From the NCBI RefSeq assembly GCF_006345805.1, contig NC_042999.1, forward strand, positions 174,359,282 to 174,423,281: 64,000 bases of DNA, in the 5' to 3' direction. A program made the position numbers and the translations under genes. The notes below the pieces were generated by a model. The model saw only the letters and a list, made by a program, of their open reading frames with translations. It was not told where the DNA came from and did not search any database. Source of the stretch: Octopus sinensis (taxonomy: Eukaryota). Each line of letters opens with the position of its first letter. Position 1 is the stretch's first letter. This document shows positions 1-10,799 of this stretch, in pieces.

Positions 1-354
1 CATTAATGGGAATTCATGTTTAGTATCGGGTTATAAAAATGTATTCAGTACAATAAAAAACCGCATCGGATCAGAATGGTAGAAAGAAAATATCTAATAG
101 CACTTCCTTAATCGGTAAGGAACTCACCAACACATTAAATGCATCTGGAACACCCTGTAGGGTTGACAAGCTTTCCAATTTCTGGTTGAAATTCAAACTG
201 TTATGCTGTTCACGTATAATGTGAACAGCATAAAACGACATTCTTTGATCCTGTTTTTCAGTTCTAAAAATAAAAAGGGAGAAGAGATAGAAGAACAATA
301 TCTCAGCTAAATTAGAAACAGTTAACTGTTTCTAATTTATGACAGGTACTTTCA

Positions 355-480
355 GTGATCTGGTTATCACTCCGGAATGGCTATTTAAATGGAAAGTAGC
401 ATTAATTCCCATAGATAAAAATTACTGAGATCTACCCACTGAAAATATCAGATACCTGCTAGTCAAAGACCTTACATTCA
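355..480 (+). mobile_element. Small decayed R4/Dong-type RT fragment
   Basis: Translates roughly to TPEWLFKWKVALIP...ENIRYLL, resembling the PEWL..G.T.LIPK..NYRPI segment of the Dong copies at 21150-21250 and 16620-16710. Confidence 0.35.
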
Positions 481-822
481 TACTCTACAACAGAATGGTT
501 ACACACTGTTGCGATGGAATCCGAACACCCCTGTGAAAGGATAAATGAACGGTTCCGAAATGTATAAATACGCATGCGTGCTGGGGATATCAAAAGAGTA
601 TGCGCAATGAGCATTTTGGTTGCAGGCAGGTGAGTTTGCAGTTGATTTTTTTGTGTGCCATATTAGATAGTTTATTGATGTTAATGATGAATCTGCGTTG
701 TTGTATTTGTTAGCTGGAAAAATTGCTATTAACGGACTTTGTTGAAAAATTGTTTAACTCCCCTACGAGGGAAGGATTTGAAATTTTGAACTATTGAACT
801 GCAGGGAAAAATACTGTTTTTT

Positions 823-1486
823 GTGAACTTTTTTATTGTTGAAGAATCATTGTGTCCATGGAGGTCAATAATAACGGTGAGAAAAAACTATGCGGAAATC
901 ACCAATGTGGTATGCATGAATGTAAACGTGCCCAGAATAGACTATCAGACATGTTTTGGCATGCTCACAGTGGATGGGGAAGATGTTCGCATCTCCCCAC
1001 TGAGTGAAGTTACTAATCAAAGACGTAACAGAAAAAAGATTGCAATATTGGAGAAAGAAAAAATTGAAAAGTGCCTCGGACCACTTTGGAATGATATTAC
1101 CTACGTAGCCCGAGTCAAAAGGTTTACCTCCATAGAGGTTCGCTTTAAGGACGCAGAAACGGCAAGACAACATTCAGTCACAACACTAAAAACTACAGAA
1201 GTGACATTGCTACTACCGTATCTGGAACGTAGAACGTCCCGGATCAAAATCGATGAAGTGCTGTAGCAGAGAAAATATAATCAATATCTTGCCAATTACA
1301 CTTTCTACCCGTCAAAATTGGCTGGAGTAAAACGTAGAAATTTTAATTCAGGCCACACCGGTGGACCTTGAAGAAATCCCCGATCGATTGGTAATTGGGG
1401 ATGAAGCTATTTCGAAAATACAGGTCGAGGGAAGGAAGCCGCGCTGCTACAAGTGAGGCAAAAAAAGCCACATAGGAGCAAAGTGC
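823..1486 (+). pseudogene. Tx1/L1-like LINE ORF1 (gag-like), decayed, with CCHC zinc knuckle
   Basis: ORF 823-1266 followed by LEEIPDRLVIGDEAISKIQVEGRKPR-CYK*GKKSHIGAKC (1445-1486). This is a C-x2-C-x4-H-x4-C knuckle with the second Cys mutated to TGA. It lies upstream of an APE-type ORF2. Confidence 0.7.
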
Positions 1487-1521
1487 GGCGCCTCAAAAAC
1501 AAAGGATGACAAGGATTACAA

Positions 1522-1749
1522 GGCGGCAATCTGGCAGAAACGTTAGCGCCGGGCGAAATGCTTAGCGGTATTTCGTCTGCCGTTACGTTCTGAGCTCAAA
1601 TTTCGCCATGGTCGACTTTGCCTTTCATCCTTTCGGGCTCGATAAATTAAGTACCAGTTTCGCACTGGGTTGATGCAACCGACTTAATCCCTTTGTCTGT
1701 CCTTGTTTGTCCCCTCTATGTTTAGCCCTTTGTGGATAATACAGAAATA
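1522..1749 (+). mobile_element. tRNA-derived SINE, family F1, inserted into the LINE ORF1
   Basis: Head ggcggcaatctggcagaaacgttag (A-box-like) and gagctcaaatt (B-box-like). Same body as the copies at 41445, 52487 and 56152. 16-bp TSD aaaaacaaaggatgac at 1495-1510 and 1750-1765. Confidence 0.85.
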
Positions 1750-2370
1750 AAAAACAAAGGATGACGATGAGCCCCACCACCCCCACCACCACCCCCTCGA
1801 CTACAGAAAAAACTGAAAAACCGAAGAAGCAGGAGGAAAAAAGAAACCAAAAAAGAAGCCAAAAACAAAAAAAAGAAGAAAGCAAAAAAACCCACCCCGA
1901 CAGACGACATGGGGCCGCTATAACGGAGGTGGAATTTCAAGAGGTGAAAAGGAAACCAAATAAAGACAGTGTGTGTCACTAACATCCTCCTAGCCCCATA
2001 CACCCAAAAAAACCTCCCACATCACCTACAAAATATCATTAACTCACCCCCTTACCCATAAAGCCGCCAAAGACACGACCACAATGGTCAAATATAACAA
2101 AAGGACATGTACCTAGATGGCATTATCACAAAACACCACCTATCCAAGGTATATGATGTAAGTGGGTATGCCAGTATAGATCGTACATTTTATAAACAAC
2201 TGAAAGATAGAAAAGATGGGAATCTCCAAATTAAATGAGATACCGAAGCTCATAGATCCACAGCCCGAGACCGAAGAAGAAACAAAGAAAGGTATGGAAA
2301 GGAAACAAGTAGTGACGCTGAGGGTAATACCTTAGTAACTAACAAAAGTAAGTTTCTTTTTTCCCTTCGG

Positions 2371-2930
2371 ATGGCCGGTCTGAATGTCGGCTGCCTCAAT
2401 GTACGTGGCCTGAGCTCGAAGTGGAAGCAGTCATGTTTTTACGATGACCTCAGGTCGCATAGAATGGATGTGATGGTGGCTACAGAGACCAAGCTGGATA
2501 ACTCACGAACCTTCTCGGCACTCTTGGGTGGCTATGAGAAAATAATACTTCCTAGCCAGACCGGAGGTCGTGGAGGGGTGGTAGTGTTGCTCAGTAAAAG
2601 CTTGGCTCTGCATTCTAGAACAATCTTTATTGATCCAGAAGGTGAGTTGGTCGTTCTCGACTTGACATACAGCAGTACGAACCTTAGGTTGATAGGCATC
2701 TATGTGCCTTGTGCTACTGGTAAACAAAACGGTTTCTATCGACGCCTCGAGAACTTCCTATTGATGTCAAGGACATTAGTTGTATTAGATTACTTTAACG
2801 CTATTCTGGATGCATGCCTGGATAGCGTTGGCTCGGTATATAGGAAAGGAAGCCCACACCTTAGCGGTTTGCTTACGCGTTTTCAGCTGGCAGATCGGTA
2901 CAGACTGGAGCACCCGAACGTCCCAGCTGA
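2371..2930 (+). pseudogene. Tx1/L1-like LINE ORF2 N-terminal APE endonuclease, 3' truncated
   Basis: LNVGCLNVRGL, DVMVATETKL, GGVVVL, LIGIYVP and VVLDYFNAILD (decayed GDFN) are apurinic-endonuclease motifs. Homology stops near 2930 and no RT follows. Confidence 0.85.
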
Positions 2931-3735
2931 CACTGCAGGAGTTCGATGAGAAAAAAGTGAAGAACTGGTATTGCAGGAGTCTTCTAGTGACAATTCAAGC
3001 CACACCAGCAGAACTGAAGGAAATTCCAGAATTTATAATTCTGCTGGATGAGACAAAACTGAGAGTCTCGATCCAGGGCAGAATCCTAAGATATTTCGAG
3101 TGCAGACTGAAGAGGCACATAAAGAAAACGTGTTCCTAGACCCTTCGACCAGAAGTACAAGGAGAAAAAAACAGGATAAACAAATGGAACAGCAAAAGAA
3201 GCCTAATGAGAAAGCTCTAGCTGAGGAGGAAGAGAAACAGAAAGAGGCGGAGAAGACAGTGGAGAAGAAGAATTGCGCACCGGAGGAAGCTAGACCGTTC
3301 ACATCTACCAAGGTAAGTGAGAAGGAATGGTCCATTGCAGGGAGGAAGAAGAAAAAAATAAGTTCTCGTTTTCTTCCTCCAACAAACACAAAAAGTCTAA
3401 AAACGAATGCACAAGAACAGATACGAACTCAGACAAAAGATATTACAAATGCATACAGCAAAAAGGGAAAAAATACCCCCAAAAAGAACACTGAATATAC
3501 AACACAAGCATCACACGGCAAAGACAGAGACACAGAAATAAAATAACTGTTTAAAAACTCTTTCTAAAAATGTTCAAAGGCGTTATCTGGAGTGAGGGGT
3601 TCGAGTTAACGTCATTCCACCTTTTCATTTACCATGCCATTCTTTTCATTCGATTTATTTTTCACCACTTTTGTATTTGTCTGTCCTTGTGTGTCCCCTC
3701 TACGTTGGGCCCTGTGTGGCCAATAGAGAAATAGC
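2931..3735 (+). mobile_element. Second Tx1-like ORF1 C-terminal fragment plus LINE-type 3' tail
   Basis: LKEIPEFIILLDETKLRVSIQGRILR-YFECRLKRHIKKTC is homologous to the first knuckle region, followed by a Lys/Glu-rich tail. The 3' end tttgtctgtccttgtgtgtcccctctacgttgggccctgtgtggccaatagagaaata lies at about 3677-3733. Confidence 0.6.
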
Positions 3736-4506
3736 ATGTCGTATACGCAGTCATGTATTATACAGAGAGTTGTAGAAGCTATTAAGAAGAGATATCGTTG
3801 GATTATGTGTTAGTGATTTGAACAGTTGGTGAATGAGTATACAATAAGTCAGCAACTACATTAAAGCATCATAACACACACCAAGAGAACAACGAAATGT
3901 AGAAAGTGTCAAACTGGGAAATAATGCAAGCCAAAGAAACGGTTTCTATGCACACAAGAGGAATCTTCAAGAGATAATCATTAACCTCTCTCCTCTTTGT
4001 CTCTGAGCAATCTATTATTCCATTAATAAATCCGTTTAATTCAATTAACTATGTTTGTAAATGTAGCAGACAAAACTATAAACTATCTCCACTTTATGAA
4101 ATCATTTGCAGGGGATAATATTCATTGTAAAACCGTAGAAAATTGTTGATAAATTCAGCCAAGACTTAAAAATTACTTTGGTATTAGTCAAACTTTAAAC
4201 TAGATGCAAGAACCAGCCATGCAAATAGCTATGGTTCGATGAAACTAATATAATACAAAACGCAAATAAAGTAGAAAAATAGAAAGGAGCACTACAGAAG
4301 AGTGAGATTAATTAACATTAGTTAAAATAATTAAAGACTGGACTAAGTGCTAAATATAAGATAATAAGTAAAAACACAATAACTATCTCAGTTATAAATT
4401 ACAAGTTGGGCATAATAAACTGCAAACTAAATGAATTGAAGAACTTGAACCAAGAACTGTTCCGAATCCACCCACCAACTCAGAGCATATGCATATATAT
4501 ATATAT

Positions 4507-4566
4507 ATATTCTGTTGTGTCTGGGGAGAGTCATTTCCTTTTTGTGCCCCAGACACAACAGAATAT
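4507..4566. repeat. 60-bp perfect foldback (20-bp arms), probable collapsed MITE
   Basis: atattctgttgtgtctgggg (4507-4526) is the exact reverse complement of ccccagacacaacagaatat (4547-4566), with a 20-nt spacer, next to a TA tract. Confidence 0.8.
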
Positions 4567-4618
4567 GCTTCAAAACACGAATTCACATAAAGAATCTTGC
4601 AAACCAAATCCCAAAACG

Positions 4619-4671
<53 letters not shown>

Positions 4672-4676
<5 letters not shown>

Positions 4677-6180
4677 GCGGCCACAATATAAGGGTCAGTA
4701 TGAACAAGTGTATTTAAATAGTTATTATTGAAGATTAATATTTTACACATATTAGATATATCTAATATTTATCTTTCGTGAAAATTTCAAGTGAATGGAA
4801 TGAATATTTCGTAAATTATGAGGAAATAAGCAATTTTCCAAATTGCAGCGGCCAAAAGATAAGAATCACTTAGAAAAAATGAACAACTAACCAAGGTATT
4901 TGTTGTTTAGAAGACTGTTAACAGTTACTTCTTATGATCTTACAATATTGGAACATTCAACTGTCAACATGGCGGCTTGTGAGAGACGACAGGTGTCCTG
5001 TGGTGAAAAACAAAGTATTGTGTGCCTTCACCAAGAGGGCAAGTCAAATTCTGTAATAGCAACTACTGTAGGAAGTCTAGAAATGTTGTGCAACGAATTG
5101 TAGCTCATTTTAAGTCATCAGGATCAACAGATGCTAAACCCAAAACCGGTAGACTTCGTAAAACTTCACCAAGACAGGATCGTATTACGGTTAGAATGTC
5201 ACTGAAGGATAGGTTTAAGAGTACTGCTGGGGTATCCCACGAGTTTAGCTCCACTTCCGATATCAACGTATCGCGCAAAACAGTTTCTCGAAGTTACGAG
5301 GTAGTGGGTTGCTTGCTCGGGCGCCGGCAAAGAAACCTCTGATCTCCAAGAAGAATCAAAGAGCCCGTCTTCGTTTCGTTCATGAACATGTCGGTTGGGC
5401 AGAAGAACAGTGGTCGCAGGTTCATTTTAACGATGAATCGAAGATTAATGTGATTTGGTCCCGATTGCGAGTGCAAGTCCGACAAAGTGGCGAAAGGTTA
5501 TCTCGTTCATGTGAAATATGGAGGAGGCAGTGTAATGGTATGGGGTGTGATCTCTGCTGCTTGTCCTGGTCCACTTATTCGCCTACAAGGAATTCGCAGA
5601 TTCTTAGGCAGCATACCATTCCACATCTCCGATCCTCGTCAGCTCAACCTCCTATCTTCGTGCAGGACAACACTCCCTGTCATACTGCGAAGAGAGTTAC
5701 AGATTTTTTTTTTGAGAGATGAAGGGATTGATCTCATGGAATGGCCACATCAAAGTCACGATCTCAACCCTATAGAAAACGTTTGGAAGATTATTGGAGA
5801 TGGGGCGCGAAGGAGAAATCCAAAAGAACCAAGATGAACTCTGAGAATTATTGAAAAACGAATGGAACAATATTACTCCATCATTTTGGAAGAAATTAAT
5901 TCACTCTTGTGCTAACAGATCTCAGGAGGTCATTGATAGTAAAGAGATCTTCACAAAATATTAATATTTCTTTTTTGTTCTTGTTCCATTTTTCATTGTT
6001 TTTCTAAGTGACCCTTAACGTTTGGCCGTTGAAATTTGGAAGGTTATTTATTTATTTCTTCATAACGTACGAAATATTTATTCCATTCACTTGAAATTTT
6101 CACAAAAGATAGATATTAGATATATCTAAGTATGTGTCTTAACGTTTTCTTTATCTTCTATAATAAATATTACGGCCGCT
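4672..6180 (+). mobile_element. Tc1-family DNA transposon with long IR/DR-type ends; right tip damaged
   Basis: Starts TA|cagaagcggccac in a (TA)n tract. About 200-bp inverted repeats (4672-4875 vs 6003-6180), each with two gcggcca..taag..tca direct repeats. Encloses a DD34E transposase remnant. Confidence 0.9.
4969..5964 (+). pseudogene. Tc1 DD34E transposase, frameshifted
   Basis: MAACERRQVS..., GRLRKTSPRQDR, KKPLISKKNQRARLRF, HFNDESK, VMVWGVIS, FVQDNTPCHT, WPHQSHDLNPIENVW and terminal TKY* are spread over several frames. Confidence 0.9.
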
Positions 6181-6548
6181 AATATATATATATATATATA
6201 TACGGCAAAATGTCTGTGCGTGTGTCCTATATACAAATCCACAATTTTTCAGTTAGAGAGCTCGCACTTTCTATGGTCATTTAAAACCGTCCAAGGGTGG
6301 TCGTGCACATCATTACATTTCCCCAGTCACCCGCAAAGCCATTAAAAAATCAATAGAAGTGACTTTTTGTGAATTTTCTATCCAAAACCCAATCAAAATG
6401 CCCGAAACTTGATACCCCAATTGAATGCCAGCTAGCTGTATGTGATTGGTCGGAGATTTAGACAGTACTCGCGTGTATGTGTGCACGCACGCAGCTGTAT
6501 ATGCATGCAATAGCACTATGGCCCGGCATAGCCGGGTCATAGTGCTAG
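6181..6548 (+). mobile_element. Non-autonomous Helitron-like element
   Basis: 5' (TA)n-cggcaaaatgtctgtgcgtgtgtcc. 3' 17-bp hairpin tagcactatggcccggc-ata-gccgggtcatagtgcta (6511-6547), ending in CTAG (6545-6548) followed by T. Confidence 0.65.
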
Positions 6549-6609
6549 TATATATATATATGTATATATAATATTATATTATTTATATATAGATACACTT
6601 ACATACATA

Positions 6610-6912
6610 CATATATGATGGCTTCTTCCGGCAAAGACGACGTATGAGCGTTCAGCTTTTGCCGAACGACCTACACAAATGATTTGTTTATAGTAATCAA
6701 ATGTTCATGCTGCAGTTTAGCTCACTCTCCATCAAATTGACGTTGTCTGAACAAGTGCAGTTTCCCACGCGTCAGGTGTCGAAGTGATCGCGGAGCAACG
6801 TAAGATTAAGTGTCTTGCTCAAGAACACAACGCACCACCCGGTCTAGGAATTGAAATCACGATCGCTAGAGTGTGAGTGCAATACTCTAACCACTAAGCC
6901 ATGCGCCCTCAT
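6610..6912 (-). mobile_element. tRNA-derived SINE, family F2
   Basis: Minus strand reads ggcgcatggcttagtggttagag (A box), gatttcaattcc (B box), then gttgtgttcttgagcaagacactt (CORE-like central domain). Confidence 0.8.
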
Positions 6913-6922
6913 ACACACACAC

Positions 6923-7385
<463 letters not shown>

Positions 7386-7439
7386 TATATATATATTATA
7401 TATATATATATATATTATATATATATATATATATCCCGG

Positions 7440-8330
7440 ACATAACAAAGACAGTGACTGATGCAAATGGAAAACTACTACAAAATGCTGACAGTGAGAT
7501 TAGAAAAAATATGTTAAAAGAAGAAAATAAAATAAAAACAAAATACAAACTGTAAATTAAATTCACTGAAGGAAAAGATTTTGATAAGTTCTAATACAAA
7601 TCTTTAAAAGGAAATCAAAATGTTCCAAAATTTACTGACAACTGGGCAGAAAATAACTTCATGATCAATGCCGCGCAAGATTACTACAGAGGAAAAGTAA
7701 ATCTGAGTGAACAGCAACAATGGTTCAAATGTTTCGGGTTAAAAACAGAAACAGAACGTCTGTTTTATCTGCACGAGACCAATACCTAACCAGGAACCAT
7801 TGCAAAAATAAAATAGTAAAAGAAAATGCTAACATCAATGAGAAGAGTGATCATATTATTTCAAGCTGTGTATATCCACAGATATACCCGAGTCAGCAGT
7901 TATATTCATCGGACAACATACCGTTTGACTCGAATACAAATAAAAAGTGTACAAAATACGACACATAAAATTGATCTGGGACGTGCTTGTACAGACTGAC
8001 AAAGATATCAGGACAAACCGTCCGGATATAATTATCAAGAAATGAAATTAAGATGGTTGTACTCTGATGATTCGATTCTTTTAATCCTAAATATTAACCT
8101 GGAGGGAGATGGGATGAAACTGCTTAAGGATTTTAAACTCAAAATAAGCAGGATGTGAGGCATAAAATCTGAAATAGTACAAAAATTAGTTGGAAAAATT
8201 AGTTCGATAAAAAAATCTATATTAACAAAGACATACAAGAAACTTCAGGGCCCGCAATGTTACATCCAGTTCAAAAGATCATCCTGCTTGGCCCGGACCA
8301 CATCCTATAAGAGACACTTTCAGCTCACCA
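7440..8330 (+). mobile_element. Decayed R4/Dong-type LINE 3' fragment
   Basis: Remnants of QQWFKCFGLKTETE..SARDQYLTRN, DHIISSC, LIWDVLVQTD, NRPDIII and QKIILLGP.HIL. Confidence 0.7.
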
Positions 8331-10084
8331 GGATAACTTAATCAGTATGCCAATTGCATATAGAACATACTCTAAACAACAATCACCCCTATAAGTTAAT
8401 GCAACACATACTCTACGGAATTACCACCGAATAACGTAACACAAAATATACTTTATATAATCACCAATCTTAACATTTACGAGTATAATCGATCCACAAC
8501 ATTATAACACTAACAACTCAGGTAACTGATATTCTTCACAGTTGCCTTACGGCATATACTCTTCAGATTCACTGCCCAACACTAAAATAAATAACACTAA
8601 TCACACAGCAACAACGGAACCCAAATAATAACCCAACAAAAACAACTCACATTGCATGAATTCTACGTAACACAAGAAACACTATAACAACATCAAAAAC
8701 AACGAAACGAATTCCACTACAAAGCAAAAGTGATATATTATGCAAGCAGAATTATACTTCCTCATAAGACAATGATGCACAGATCTCAGAAACACGAAGT
8801 CGCACCTTGTAATGCAGCAGAAACTCGCATGAGACAATTCGAAAGATGATGATAACAACGACGACAACGATGACGATGGTGTTGGTAAAGATGATGATCA
8901 TAATTATGCTTATGATGATGATTATGCTCATGATGATGACGATGATGCAGTCGTGGATATAAATATAAACATTTATCTAGGAATGTAACAAGACATTTTC
9001 CAATGAAAATTTCCAATTTTAGTTGCAAGTTATTAAAGTTTATTCAAAATATGTACCACAATAACATTTATGACAAACTTTCATTGCGTTTGGAAAGCTA
9101 TACCGGAACTTTCGATATAAAATCTGACTAAATTACTTGGAATACGTTTAGAAATTGCGTCAATTTCAAGAAAAGAAAGCTGTCAGCAAATGTACATTAC
9201 TTTCCAGAGCAATATTTACAAATTCAACCACTATTAATCATTCGAAAAGAATAGAATGAGACAAAATTCAATAAACTGGTTTCCTGAATGAATTTCTCAC
9301 TGATATCGTGTAAAGTTTAACGAAAGAATTATTTTCTGTCTCCCTCACCAACGTTTCTTTTTTTTATTTTTTAAATGTGTCTTGAAAGATTTTTATCAAA
9401 ATTCCTTCAAATCAACAGGGCAAGTTCTTCTATTCCGTTCAATTTCTTAAAGATAAAGGTTATTGATATTGCTGACGAATTCAATCATTCAGCGTGTAAT
9501 TTTTAGCGATCTAGTCTTATTGCTTAGAGATGTAAAAATATAGAGCATATACAACTGCATCACATTGCTACATTGCTACCTGGGGATATCGTTATATCAT
9601 CATTCATTTATATGTTTCTTTGTGAACATGTATTGTATTCATGTATTTATGAATGTCACAATGCAATATATGTGTGTGTGTGTGTGTGTACAAGTATAGA
9701 TGTGTGTGACTATACATTATATGTGTGCGTTTGTGTAAACATGTCTATGTATGTGTGGACATAGAACGCAACCCCTATTGTCACCAGTACTACAACAATT
9801 ACCAGTAACACTAACATTACTGCCAGCAATACTAATATTTCTACTACTACTACAGCTACTACTACTACCACCACCACCACAACTACTACTATTGTCATAA
9901 CCACTCATGTCACTACCTGGTCGCTACAGTAACACAAATATCAATAAAAGATACAAAAATGGACTTATAAGTTGCGCCTACTCAATAATCTACAAACAGG
10001 CAAATAGTTAGAGCGATTGAGCATCAATGACTGAATCTTGAGTTCATATGAAGACGCTGATAGCACCTGCATAAATATTTCGCT

Positions 10085-10145
<61 letters not shown>

Positions 10146-10388
10146 TTTCAGATATGTACAACTTTATTGTGTGCCATATAACGCTATTGTTCTTGCAGTG
10201 AGGCAAATGTGGATTGTTTAGTGGCGATGATTAATTTCTCATTGCCCTCATAGGACAAAGATTTGTGAGCAACCACATACATGGTGTGCAGAAAATATTT
10301 TTACTTTTGAGATGATAATTCATTTTTATCTATAGTTTATGAAAGGTACATAATAAAACTGTTCTATTTTTTGAGATGAGGAATTCTG

Positions 10389-10592
10389 TACATTATTTAC
10401 ATTAGACGGATATGTGCCCTCATCTTGTTTGTTGTTACCACAACGTTTCGGCTGATTTACTCTCTAGCCTTCATCAGGTGTCCTGGTAGGATTTTGAACC
10501 CAACCCTGGGTATTCCTAAGGTATTTTTTTGCAGATGTCATTATTATTATTTTTATTATCCGTCTATATATCCGTCTAATGTAAATAATGTA
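10389..10592 (-). mobile_element. 204-bp hammerhead-bearing element with 25-bp perfect inverted ends (Penelope-pLTR-like)
   Basis: tacattatttacattagacggatat (10389-10413) is the exact reverse complement of 10568-10592. Internal CTGATGA..GAAAC motif on the minus strand. Confidence 0.7.
10437..10482 (-). ncRNA. Minimal type I hammerhead ribozyme motif
   Basis: Minus strand: GACAC-CUGAUGA-A-GGCU(12 nt)AGCC-GAA-ACGU-U-GUGGU. Stem I CAC/GUG, stem II GGCU/AGCC, palindromic ACGU in place of stem III. Confidence 0.65.
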
Positions 10593-10799
10593 TGTAATAA
10601 AAGAAATATGTTATTCGTTCCATCGAATTCTCTTTATGTTCACATTCATATTTTATCTTGTATTTTTCTTTGTTACAAAAATTACAATTATATTAGGTTA
10701 AAATAAAATATTGTTTAACACGTTTTATATTTGAGAAACATTCTCACACAAAAATAATATAATTCATACTTCCCTTTAAAATTCTTGATTTCTTTTAGA

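Noticed and set aside
8520-8580. Minus-strand CUGAAGA..GCC-GUAA-GGC..GUGAAG hammerhead-like string
   Set aside because: A GNRA hairpin is present, but stem I, stem III and the UH triplet cannot be formed.
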